Of a stretch of 64,000 nt of DNA, positions 12,428 through 23,799 are shown piece after piece (the stretch's first letter is position 1; each line of letters begins with the position of its first letter). The position numbers and the translations under genes are program-made. This DNA is from the human T2T-CHM13v2.0 reference genome, Homo sapiens. The notes below the pieces were generated by a model. It saw only the letters and a program-made list of their open reading frames with translations. It searched no databases and had not been told where the DNA came from. Where the stretch lies: the NCBI RefSeq assembly GCF_009914755.1, contig NC_060942.1; one strand, given 5' to 3'.

Positions 12428-12719
12428 TTTTCCTTTTAATAACTTTTATAGGATTTAGAAGTTGATACTTTTCTGTTTCTAATTTTTATTTGAAATTAGT
12501 TTTCCTAAACTTTTAGAAAGAGACAGTGTCCAAGATAGTTTTTCTAATTTTGCAGCACTCCATCTTCTGTCGTTTCCCTGTGGTGTGAAAAATGTTGGTT
12601 TGCTTTCTAGGATTTCTTGGCTCTGTTTCCCTCACCCACTTTTATTTGAACCTTCTCTTTCCATCCTTTCTATGGTTCCTAACTTCTCTTATGTCATTTT
12701 AAATGACATGAGGATTTGA

Positions 12720-13445
12720 CTATTAAGCATATTCTCAAGGCTTGACCATGTGCTACATGCTGGTAGATGTTAAGACGGCCTAGAGCCCATCTCTGATCAC
12801 AAGTTAAGGGTCTTTCCAAGTTTAATTGTAGATATGCCACACAAAATAAATGGGCCAGACTACCCACATTGGCAGAGTTAAGGAGAGAAAAATAATATAT
12901 CTAGATGTAGATAGGAACTGAGTTTGACCTTAAAGAGTAGATATGGACTGCCTGAAAAAGTAAAGAATGTAGGCAGACAGGTCTACAGATGGCCCTGGCC
13001 AATCCAGCTCTCCTTCCTCCAGCTCTTATTTCTCAGAATAACTGTAGAACGTTCTAAGAATGTGACATCCTGAAATAAAGAGGAAGTGTCCAGGGCAACA
13101 CAGTCTCTGCCCTCATCCCTCGTAAAACAGGATGCTCTGCAACACTTGGGCTCAGCAAACCAAGAGACACCCGGGGTATAAAACCCAAGAGCAGAGTGCT
13201 TTCTGGGGCCCTCAGCTGCAGTGAAACATACAGCATGTGCAGACAGAACTCCATTCGCCTGGGGCAACTTGCCAGAGCCTGGAGTCTGGCTCCCCAGGGA
13301 TCCTAGGCTTCTATTTGTTCTTATCTGTGAGTGAAAAATTTGTTTTGCTTCACGTGTGGTGTGACTGTTCTGTCTCACTGAGCTTGAGAACCTTTGCAAA
13401 GGTGAGGCATTCCCTGGCATGTGCCAAAAATGCAGGGAAGTGGGT
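12720..13445 (-). mobile_element. L2 fragment split by the LTR at 12968-13398
   Basis: ctgagtttgaccttaaagagtagatatgga...[LTR]...aaggtgaggcattccctggcatgtgccaaa resembles antisense L2. Confidence 0.5.
12968..13398 (+). mobile_element. ERVL-class solo LTR (MER70/MER76-like; subfamily uncertain)
   Basis: TG...CA ends; ctcagaataactgtagaa...catcctga; TATA box tataaaa 13177-13183; atcctaggcttct...tgttctgtctcac. Confidence 0.7.
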
Positions 13446-13495
13446 GGGGTGGGGGATGAAAATACAAGCAAATATGTGGTTAAGGTTTATGCACA

Positions 13496-13801
13496 GGAGC
13501 GGACATGGTGGCTCACGCCTGTAATCCTAGCACCTTGGGAGGCTGAGGCGGGCAGATCACTTGAGGCCAGGAGTTCGAGACCAGCCTGGCCAACATGGTG
13601 AAACCTCATCTCTATTAAAAACACAGAAATTAGCCGGGTGTGGTGGCGGGTGCCTGTAATCCCAGCTACATGGGAGGCTAAGGTGCGAGAATCTCTTGAA
13701 CCCAGGAGGTGGAGGTTGTGATGAGCCAAGATGGAACCACTCACTGCACTACCCCAGCCTGGGTGACAGAGACTCTTTCTCAAAAAAAAAAAAAAAAAAA
13801 A
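13496..13801 (+). mobile_element. AluS (Sz/Sx-like)
   Basis: Full dimeric Alu with A20 tail. Confidence 0.95.
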
Positions 13802-14497
13802 GAGTCATCCACACAGAATTATGGAACAGAGAGGAGACACAATTGGCTAGTGAGGTAAAGTGCCACAGAAGGAAGAAGGAGAGGGGTCAATGGGGAATGT
13901 AAGTGAATAAATAGAAGGGGATCATAATGTTAAAAAGAAAGAAAATTGGGCTGAAATTGCTTAGCATTTATGATACATTTTAAAAACAATAAACCAGGAT
14001 TCAAAATTCTAGAGAGATTGGTTTGTGGTTTATGGGCCAAGTCTTCTATTTTGATTATGTGCTCCCTTTTATACCTAGTACCTTGCACATACAATGCTCT
14101 GAAATTTGCTGATTCTACACAACAGGAAATTACTGTAGGTATACTCCAAAAAAAAAAAGTCTTTGTGAACCAATATAAATACACTGATCATAAAACAGGT
14201 GCTGGCCCTCAAGGAAAATATAGTCAATGATGTCTAAGACAGTTGAGATAAAGAATTCACAAATCAGCGTGGCTGTGAATGACCATTAGTATGGCTTAAC
14301 GTAAAAAAAAAGTACACCTTTTAAACATATGTTTAAGAAATGTTATTTTCAAGAATCACTAAATATGTGAAGCAAGCAAAGAGCAAACGAGTTTAAACTC
14401 AGATAGAAGTAGATGTCAGCACTTAATAAATGATATTTTTTCCCCTCTTTCTCTCCTCTCTTTTTCCGACATGAATGTGATACTGTTCCTACCAGAC

Positions 14498-14828
14498 CAG
14501 AGGCTGATAAACATCGGCCCCTGGGCCAAATCCAGCCTGCTATTTTGTGTGGCCCACAAGCCAATGGTTTTTATATTTTCAAATGGTTGGGGGAAAAAAA
14601 TCAGAAGAAGAATAATATTTTTATGTCACATGAAAGTTACATGAAATTCAAATTTCAGTGTCCATCAGTAAAGCTTTATTTGAACACGGGCTTACTTATT
14701 CATTTACATATTATCTGCAGCTGCATTTGTGACATGACAGACTTGAACAGTTGCACAAGAGATCGTATAGCCCGGAAAGCCTGAAACATTTACTATCTGG
14801 CCCTTTGCACAAAAAGGGTGCTGACCTG
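14498..14828 (+). mobile_element. MER58B hAT-Charlie DNA transposon
   Basis: cagaggctgataaacatcggcccctgggccaaatccagcc...aagcctgaaacatttactatctggccctttgcac...gctgacctg; ~330 bp. Confidence 0.85.
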
Positions 14829-16544
14829 TAGACTAACACAAATCATGGGTCCCTAGAAAGTTGAAACACAGATTATATTAACGTAATTCAGCTCATTATG
14901 AAATTTGCCTTGCAGCATTTTACTCAGCTCCTGAGAGGAAACAATATAACCTTCCAACTCAGTCACTTTTCTTCCAAGCCAGGACACCATTCTTCGGCAT
15001 CCCTCAATCATGCGGGCTTCTCGTTCCTTGCATAAGCTGGTATTTATTTAGACTGGTCTCACTAACCCCTTAATGTTTCAATTGTGTCCAGGCTTCCAGT
15101 CCCGTGAAAGCCTCCTGGCCTCTAGAATCCCACCCTAACCTGTGTTCTGCCAGATGGAAGCAGTTGCCCTTCTGCCCCGCTGGAGCATTTAGGCTGTGAG
15201 GTCAGATCATCTAGCCCTGATTAATAATGAACTGTTTCTCATTGCTGTCAGCTGTGTTGAGTGTCTGCTGAAGTCTGAGGGGAGCACCTCCAAGGAAAGA
15301 GCCTCTGCTGAGCACTTTTTTCTGTCCCTCCTACCTAGGGCCACCACGCCCATTAGTACATGATCAACATGCATTTGTTGATTGATTCGTTGATGGACTG
15401 ATGGAGCAGCTGGGCTACTGGAGGAGCAGCCTGGGGTAAAGGAGGAGCGATCAGAAAGGCCTTTATGTGGGCTGTGCCTCAGAAAGTGTCTATTAGTTTT
15501 GTGCTCTTTCTCCTTCATGCCCCTTCTGGGTTCACTGGATTTGAATGGCGTTTGAGAAGGGGAGAAGGTGGCGCAAGTGAACCAAAGCAACTTAACTCCA
15601 TCTGCCTTCGATTCCAAGGCTGAGAAAACATTTCCAGAAGGCCTGGTGCATAAGAACCTGATGTGGTGACAGGATGTTCTGTCTTCCTCTTGTTACACAA
15701 GCAAGCGCGCTGAGTCTCGGCAGGCTCATAAATCCTGAGGGCCTTTTCCAGCAGCCCCGTTCGGGTCGCCTACCCCCATTCCAGGAAAGGGACGCTTTGA
15801 AACCCTCATCACAAGAGAACATTGTGTCTTTGAACATCCGGCGCCACTGGGGTTTGACTTCTCCCAGCGCAGGTAGGATGGGCCAGCCAGTGAGGTCAGA
15901 TGTGATTTATGCTTCTAAAGCTCTTGCCTTTCAGAATTTTGGAAGAAAATACAAGCTGCCCAATACTGCACAGTGCTATGTTTGAGTGAACTGAAATATG
16001 TATTATAAATTCATGGCTTGAATTTTCCAGAAGGAGACCCAGAGATGTGTGGCCCAGGGATTAACACAGAGTGGCTGCTTGCAGAGTGGAATTGGGATGA
16101 AACCAGGGCCCAGGAGGGGGCCAGGTCAGACCTGAGGAATTTGTAGCAAGTCACTGGCAAGTGACTCCCCAGCCAGCCCACTTTGAAGGCTCTCCCGTAA
16201 CTACCAGAGGAAGGAAAGTCTGGGGCCCGGCATAGAGGAAGAGGGAAGGAAGAGGAAAGAGAGAAGTGGGGACACTCGTAAGCCAGACACCTAGCCCAGG
16301 CCCCTTCACACACTCCCACACCCACAGCAATGGTATCTTGGTACTGCCCCCTTTTCTGCTTCTTTTCTCATCAATATTTGTGGTGTTTCTGGCCACACAT
16401 CGAGTATTTGATGTTTGGCGACACATTTTTAAAGCACACACAAAAAACACATTATGCCAGCAAGGTACCGAGTTCTGGTTTGGCGAAGCATTTAAAACAC
16501 ACACACACAAACATTGTGCCAGCAAGGGGCTGAACTGCAGGTCC

Positions 16545-16680
16545 TCTGGTGTGAGACCTTAGGCAAGAATTATGTTCAGTTCCTTCTTCTATAAAATGAG
16601 AGACCATAGTATCTACCTCCTGGTGTTACCTTGAGAGTTAAGTCAGACACTGTCTTTGAAAGTACTTTATTCACTGCTAT
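16545..16680 (+). mobile_element. MIR fragment
   Basis: tgtgagaccttaggcaag...cagttccttcttctataaaatgag...tatctacctcc. Confidence 0.7.
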
Positions 16681-16789
16681 TCAAGCAGAAAACATTACTA
16701 AGAAGCCTGGGGTACTAAGTATGTGGCTACAGATACACCTACTATGACTATGGCCACTAGCCCTGCAACTATTACCAGATATGCCAATC

Positions 16790-17150
16790 AAAGGGACGGA
16801 CGACAAGGTGAAGAATCTAGAAACCACATCATATCTCAGAGGAATGGCTGAATAACCCAGCTGGCACTGGACTGTAGAAACATCTCAGTGGGAAAATAAC
16901 TATCTTCAAGGATGCAAAGGTTTGTCATGTGGAGTAGCAGGTGGCTTTGTCCCGAGTGCCTCCAATAAAAACTCAAGACCACAGATCAGGATTAGAATTA
17001 GAATTGTTCACTGGCAAGTAAACAAAAACTATTTTATTACAGGACAAGGAGAACTTGCTCTTAATATAATTGTCAAACAGTGCAAAATACCATCATAGGA
17101 CACAGTGAAGACATTGTCTTAGGAAATGCCAAAGGAGAGAGATGAACATC
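16790..17150 (+). mobile_element. L3/CR1 LINE fragment
   Basis: aaggtgaagaatctagaaaccacatcatat...gaggaatggctgaa...tatcttcaaggatgcaaaggtttgtcatgtgga is typical of the CR1/L3 3' region. Confidence 0.7.
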
Positions 17151-17164
17151 TATACAGACGGACT

Positions 17165-17300
17165 TCAGTCATTCAGTCATTGATTTACTTCTATAACAAT
17201 GTCTATTGATGGCCTTCTGAATCTCAGGCAGTTCTTTGTAGGTACTGAGAACACCACAGTGAACAAAACCGATTCTTGCACTCACAGATGGTCCATTACA
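17165..17300 (-). mobile_element. L2 3' end
   Basis: cattcagtcattgattt...taggtactgagaacaccacagtgaacaaaac. Confidence 0.6.
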
Positions 17301-17859
17301 TAGGGCCCTGGATGGGAGGGCGATGCTGCATCACTATAGCCATTTTTTTTATCACCTCTATCATTTCTCTTTTAGAACACTACAGTTTCACAGGTATATG
17401 ATTAAATGGGAAGAAGGGAACAATTGACTCATATCCTGTTTTTTTTTTTTTTTTTTTTGGCCTTGTACATTGATTCTCCCTCCAACCTGGCAGAGAATGG
17501 CCCTGGCAGTATGGAACGAGTAGTGAAACAATCCTCCAATTCCCAAGGAACCCCTTCTTCTTACTCAATGGCTCTCCCTTGGTGAAAATGGCTTGCCCTC
17601 CCCCAGTGAGTTTCAGGTAATGACTATTCTGAGAGCTGGACTTCCAGGACAGCCTTCCAAGGAGAGTCCTTGAAAGACAAAGAGCCCTAAGCCCCCAAGA
17701 CATCTAGGAAGCTCCTGCAAGGGGAACAGCAGGGTTCCTGCACACAGACACAGGTGACTGCAAACAGGATGATGTAACCCTACTCTGCCTAAAATACATC
17801 TTCTCTTGCCCTGAAGATAGTCTGCAATTCTCCCAGGCAACGTCTCTTAAAATGCAAAC

Positions 17860-18130
17860 ATTCCTGACAGGAGTCCTCCTTATTGCTCAAATCCAAGCTC
17901 GGTAATTCCTGAAGGTTCACCCTCCTAAAACTTCACCTGGCTCTTTCTCCTCCCCTGCACCACAACTGCCTTGCCACCTCTTGCCCAATGTGTTCTAACA
18001 ACCTCTCGCCAGTCCTCTTACCTCCTGCTAAAACTCATGCCTGTCTGAGCAGCAAATCTTTGTAACACTGGAGCTCCTCAAAAGCCTGCCACTTTCTGAC
18101 TAACCTTCAGTGGCTCACTGCTGCCGACAG
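17860..18130 (+). mobile_element. L2 fragment
   Basis: Pyrimidine-rich L2 ORF2-end-like sequence ending ...aaccttcagtggctcactgctgcc. Confidence 0.45.
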
Positions 18131-18819
18131 CACAGTCTTCAAGAGGGAGTATACACGCCCCAGGACTCTGGGAAGGAAATACTAGAACTTCTCTGAATGT
18201 GTTTTCCTAAAAAGTAAGAAAAGTTAATCTTTACTGATAGAGCTAACATATAGATCAGGGCAGGTGAGGTCTTTACAAGAAAAGGAGGTAGCACATACCA
18301 GAAGATGGCCCCCTCTAGGCATCTATTGGCATTAGGAGCCTGAGACATACTGCACTTAAGTGGATTTGAGGTTATACTATTTGAACTATTTAAACCAGCC
18401 TCCACACATAAATAACTGGTTTAAACAATTTGCTGCTTCAAAAACTCTTGCTAGTTGAAGAGATGAGGAAACGTATGAGTAAACAACAAGATAAAATAGA
18501 ATCGTCATTTCCCCAGGTCTTATCCCACTATATGACCTTCATCAGCTCCAGTACAAAGTAATAACAATAACCTAAACAATAACAATAGCCTAAGTAACAA
18601 GAACCTAAAGACATCTGATAAGGAGGCTAAAACACGTTTTAAGTCCTTGAGAACTCTGTTCCAAACGCGTGTTTACGTCTACCACGATTAACACTAGACT
18701 ACTCCTTCAGATCATATCCTGAGCATATGAACTGCCTTGAAACATAATCTAATAATCATATGATAATTAACAAGACATTTAAAACCTTGGGAGTCACCAT
18801 TTCATAAAAGAAAAAGATA

Positions 18820-19055
18820 AATAATAATATGTATCTATTTATATATATGCATTTGCTTTATTTGCATAAATAAATATTAGAAAGGGTTTATTTATATAAA
18901 TAGATATTAAAAGCTAATAAAAGTTGTTCACTGTGTGGGCAAAGAGGATGAATGGATGGGGCTGGGGTGAGAGAGACTTCTCATTTCATACCTTCTGAAA
19001 TCACAGTGACTTTGGAACAATATGACTCTATTAACTATTCAAAACATTAAGTGAA
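18820..19055 (+). mobile_element. L1ME/L1MC 3' end fragment
   Basis: gggtgagagagacttctcatttcatacctt...aacaatatgactctattaactattcaaaa. Confidence 0.55.
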
Positions 19056-19423
19056 AAAAACAGCTTTGACAACACCATGTCGAACTACGAATCTGTAGCA
19101 AAATTTAGTGTCATATAATAATCCAATTATTTGCAAAATGTCACTAAAATTAATAACAATGTATAGAATCCCTGTTTCTATTTTCTTAAAAATATGAATT
19201 CAATGGAACATGTATAAAATTTAGAAATACCTAAAGATCGATATATTTGAGATGCCTACTCAAAATTGTTTTACAGACAGTTGTGTGCAGACGAAAATAT
19301 TTGGTAATGACTGGCCTGGAAGATTAAGTCCAAACTCTCAAGGCTGTTCTTCTAGACACCTTCTTAGCTTCCATTCCTTCCCTTTCCACACTCTATGCTT
19401 CCGCCACGTTTTGGCCACTGCCC

Positions 19424-20070
19424 TGCCAGAGACTGAATATACAAATGGACAATGGTCAGACCATATATGAAAAGAGAAAACTTGGCCGGGTGCGGTGGCT
19501 CACACCTGTAACCCGAGCACTTTGGGAGGCCAAGACAGGTGGATCACCTGAGGTCAGAAGTTTGAGACCAGCCTGGCCAACGTGGTGAAACTCTGCCTCT
19601 ACTAAAAATACAAAAAAATTAGCCATGCATGGTGGTGAGCACCTGTAATCCCACCTACTCGGAAGGCTGAGGCAGGGAGAATTGCTTGAACCCAGGAGGC
19701 AGAGATAGCAGTGAGCTGAGACTGGGCCGCTGCACTCCAGCCTGGGCAACAGAGCGAGATGCCATCTCAAAAAAAAAAAAAAAAAAAGAAAAGAAAAAAG
19801 GGAAAACTTTAACCCATGACCAGCAGTAACCTGCCCGGAAACCAACCCCTTGTTGACAACCCAGGAAAAACACACCTAGTCTAAGACTTATGGGAAGCCA
19901 GATCACTGTCTCTAGTGACAACTTGGGATGCTAAACAATACAACTTCTGTAACAATCAGTCCAAAATGGCCAGGACTCTATTAATAACTGACTTTTCCCT
20001 AATTTTTGACCCTTCTTCCAACTTAGGAGCAACCAGTAAAAGCCAAATATGCCCTTCTAACCAATCACAT
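19424..20070 (+). mobile_element. ERV1-class LTR fragment (MER90/MER110-like) interrupted by an Alu
   Basis: cagaccatatatg...[Alu]...aacctgcccggaaaccaacccc...aacttctgtaacaatc...aaatggccaggact...ttccaacttaggagcaaccag...aaccaatcaca. Confidence 0.6.
19484..19794 (+). mobile_element. AluSx
   Basis: Full Alu; TSD aaaagagaaaactt / aaaagggaaaactt. Confidence 0.95.
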
Positions 20071-20119
20071 GCCAAATATTCAATGTACCCATCTATTCAC
20101 CTCTTCATCTGTTTTAATT

Positions 20120-20270
20120 TTTTCTCCCTTTCTCCTTCCCTCTCTTCATCTTCTCCCTCCCTTCCTATCTTCTTTCGTTCCTCCTTTCCTTCCTTCCTTA
20201 TTTTTCCCCTTCCTTCCCTTCTTCCTTTCTTCCTTTCTCCATATTTCTTTGTTTCTTCCTGCTTTTCTAT
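20120..20270 (+). repeat. CT-rich (TTCC/TCTT) low-complexity tract
   Basis: Read directly from sequence. Confidence 0.85.
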
Positions 20271-21494
20271 TAGGACTACAAGAAGAAAGAGAACAGCCCC
20301 ATTGAGAAGAGAAGCAGGAATCTAACATTAGGAGATCATTTCCTCAAGTGCACAAAGCTCAGTTCCTAAATGAAACCCTGAACTTCAGGGGCCACCAATA
20401 GATGGGATGATGGCCTGAGATAAGCAGAGAGTGTGGAGTTCGCAATTTTACAAAAGAGCTAAATATAATAGTAATTGATGGAAGCAGTTAGATCAAAATA
20501 AATTATTTCCTAGGCAGTTTCAAAATCAGAAAATGCTTAAAATGCAAACCACAAAATGAAGACAACCTCAAAGGTTAATGAAAACCTGCAACAATAGACA
20601 AAGGAAATGAAGAATTGCAATACAGCCTCCTCCCAAATCTATTAAGCAGTCATACCAACATCCTTCCAAATGGGGAATGCTATCCCGCTCCATTTATTCT
20701 GCCTTGGAACTGCTGAAATAAGGACAAGATGTTAAGATAAAATGCCTCAGTGGCTTCTCTCTCCACCAGACCAAGAATAAAGACACTAGTCCCTTCAAAC
20801 ATTGCTGAGACAGCACTGGCTTATGCAGCATTGCCTAGTAGGTGTCCCATGAGAATTTGCAGAATGAATTAAGAGTCCATGGGTCTAGCCAGTTAAAAAG
20901 GGCAGGGAAGAACTAGGGAGGATAGCGGTAAAGAAACTGTATGGTAGATCTAATGCAGAGCCAAAAATACTTGTCCAGGGAAGGAACTCAAACAAAGTCA
21001 AAAAGTCTAAACTCATAGAAGTCACTATAAAAGTTAAAAGGTAGATACAGGGAGGCTGAAAAAGTAAAATTGGGTAATAGGTTCTGGGTTGACAGAAGGG
21101 AATTTAGTGCTATGGAGAGTACAAATTCAAGATCCAGAAATTTAGGCGTATGCTCAAGTCTGAAAAATAGAAGAATATTCAGCCGTGGGAAGAGGACTGG
21201 AGACAAGTAGACATGGGCCCTGGGGCACATAGAGGGGTGAGTTGCCTCCAGATCTGTAGGATTTATATTTCATAGAATCTGGCCCTATTTTTGTCAGAAT
21301 GTGTTCTTAAAACAGTACTATGTATTGTAGTCTGGCAATGAATGCCTGAAAATCAAGAATTCTGGCTTTATGCTAATGTCCTGTTCTGTACCCTTAGAGA
21401 TGCCACTGAACTTCACTAACTACAGAAACAGAAAAAAACTAGTTCCTGAAAGATGAAATAGCCAGGCATAGGCAGGAGAGAAAAGCCACTGTAC

Positions 21495-21705
21495 AGTTGT
21501 CAGGAGTTCTGGTTCAGAGCCTGGCTCCATAACCAATTTATGTGTGGCCTTGGACAACCATCTAGACTTTTTCTGTTTTAGTTTGCTCACCAAGAAGATA
21601 GGGATGAATTGCCTTATAACTTGCTCCTGTGTTTATGTGGGACCCAAGTGAGATCCTGCAGGTACATGTCCTTTGGAAACATAAAAGCACTATTCAGACA
21701 TGTCC
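21495..21705 (+). mobile_element. MIR (MIRc-like)
   Basis: gtcaggagttctggttc...tgtgtggccttggacaa...caagtgagat...aaaagcactat. Confidence 0.7.
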
Positions 21706-22534
21706 CTTATAATTATGAGTCAACAGTAGGACAACTAGGTTTGTAACTATTACTTAGGGCACCACCAAGCACTATCCTAAAATTGTTCAATTTCTTTCCA
21801 AGGAAAGACTGAATTTTGTTGGGTTGGGTTTGTTTTGTTTGCCTCCCTCAAATCTTTAAGTTACACCTGGGAAATTGGTGGTTGGCCTGATCCAGGCCTG
21901 CATTCTCCTTTCCTTTGCTTGGCATGGGATTTCAGGTGCTTTGATGTCAGATGCTCTGCTTGGCGACTCCAGCATGGGCAGCATTTTCCTTGTCTCGCAA
22001 GCTGTCAGGACAACAGGAAATTTTAGAGTTGGCATGAGAGTATAACCCAGCCACCCTGGACTCTGTTTCCTCCAAGAGATAAGCTTAGTTGACCGTGAAG
22101 ACAAATGGAGGGTAATTCTGCGGAAAATCGCAGGGAATTGGCCCATTTGGGTGCCATGTAGTTGGGATCTTGTGCTCATTGGGTGAACTGATTTTCAATA
22201 AAAACATCACCTCTGTCTGTTCCTTTTTTGCTGACAGTACACAGGAGGTATGCTGAGCCGGGAGAAATTGGTTGCAAAGTTTATCCTGCGGTCTCCCTGA
22301 CACTCAGTCACATAAACATCCACTGGCAGGAGCAGCCTCTAGTCAGGGAAGCTCAACTGCAGTATGATTATAAGTTAACCAAGAGTAAAAATGGCCAAGA
22401 GAACAACATTGGACCCCCAAGCCCATGAACCTTCCTTTTATGCCTTTGCTCTCTTCTGCCTCTAAACGTTGTTTTCTCCCCTTATGGTTCCTCAAAATTT
22501 GCTTTCCTGAGAGTTTGATATTATTAATGAAGCC

Positions 22535-22780
22535 TTAGAGTGACATGCAAAGCAATGAGCCAAACATTGAATCGAATGACTTGGGTTTAGTCTTTAGTCT
22601 TCCACTGTGCACTGGAGTGACTTCATTGCCATCTGTAAGCCCAACTGCCTCCAGTGTCAGCCAAGCAAGGGATAATATAACCAGAACTTCTCTCTTATTT
22701 CATGCAAGTGTGAGAGTCAGACAAAACTAACAACGGAAGGACACTTTGAAAAATGGAAAGTTACAGTACTTTTGATATAT
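22535..22780 (+). mobile_element. MIR
   Basis: gacttgggtttagtc...cttccact...gtgacttc...gataatataacc...gtgagagtcagacaa. Confidence 0.55.
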
Positions 22781-23799
22781 TTTTATTAGTAGCAATATTT
22801 GTATTAGGAGTAGCCATAGGAGTAGCATTAGTAGTAGCAGTCTTCTTGATATCAGAAAGAACCAACTTCTTGCCAGTCTAACTCTGTATCAACTATTAAC
22901 CTCATTACCATAATTACTATTTAATATGCATCTCTCATTTTATTTTTTCTATGGCATTCACCTAAGCATAACTAATGTCTGTCTATTCTCTTCCATATCT
23001 CTCCCATCCAAACTTGCTCTTGGGAAAGGATTTGATCTCAGTCAACAAAACAAAAAGGGTAGACGTGGTAGAATAAAAATCCTAAACCTAAAGAGGAAAA
23101 AAGTGAAAAGGAAAGAAAGAGGGGCAAAGAAAGAGAAGGAAAGCATTCTCTAGGACTTAGAATCTCATGGAGAAAAAAAAGAAAGACTGTTTAAGATTTT
23201 GTTAGGGCCTCCCTCCTCCACTTCTCTAGGCCAGGAACAGTTTGACCAGTGGTCATTTTCTTAGCTGGCTTAGACTTCCTCAATATGGAGAAAGAAAGCG
23301 CTTATAAAAGTCCCAAGAGGATTTGAGTAAACGTGATCCTGCAATTCAGGGTAAAATCTTTGTGTTATTTTACACAATTAATTGCTTCCTCAACATTTGC
23401 TGTAAGATGCTATTTTAAGAGGTGAGTGAGCCACAGGAAGCACTGAGACTCCCTGTGCTGAATGGATGGACTGTGTCCTGGTGATCAAAATTCATTTCCG
23501 AGTTATTTCCTGAAATGGTATTTTGACACCTGGGTCATACGTTAGCTTTATGGAGTTCCTCTGTGACATGCAACGATGATGCAGATGTGTGATAGAACAT
23601 TATTCACAGAGAGGTAACTTGGAAGTTCATTCCTGCTTGTGAAACTGAGTTAAGTATAGGGAAAGGTTTAAGAACTCAGATTTGCTTAAATGCAAAGTGC
23701 AAAAGATTAGTTTACTTTTTAGTTGGGATGACTTTCTCCTGTGGCATCGTTCCCAATCCAGTTGTCTGTAGCAGAGCCTTCACGAGGCTAAATCGTTCA

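Larger units (their letters stand above)
8077..12700 (-). mobile_element. Ancient LINE (HAL1-like or internally deleted L1M), interrupted by STR, Tigger2 and L1Hs
   Basis: L1ME/L1MC-type 3'UTR at ~8077-9400, followed by ORF1 C-terminal-like antisense sequence at ~9850-10050 (ttggttgaatataaaatccttggc...ttctttccttaag...); sequence resumes after 11312 and after 12428. Confidence 0.6.

Noticed and set aside
12983-13524. 162-aa and 95-aa ORFs
   Set aside because: They lie in a solo LTR and L2/Alu sequence; no gag/pol/env similarity
13419-13902. ORFs with [15 protein letters not shown] / [12 protein letters not shown] peptides (also near 19456, 25420, 27200, 31090, 52000)
   Set aside because: Classic Alu-translation artefacts
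15207-16562. Cluster of 100-136 aa ORFs
   Set aside because: Higher GC lowers stop density; no recognisable protein or consistent exon structure
15835-18320. CTCF-like strings at ~15840, ~16345 and ~18305
   Set aside because: Each lacks several core positions or has wrong spacing
19915-20328. 136-aa Phe/Ser/Pro/Leu-rich ORF
   Set aside because: Translation of a CT-rich low-complexity tract
23405-23430. Strong splice donor GAG|GTGAGT and MEF2-like gctattttaag
   Set aside because: Isolated short motifs; no matching acceptor or ORF, and the MEF2 match is imperfect
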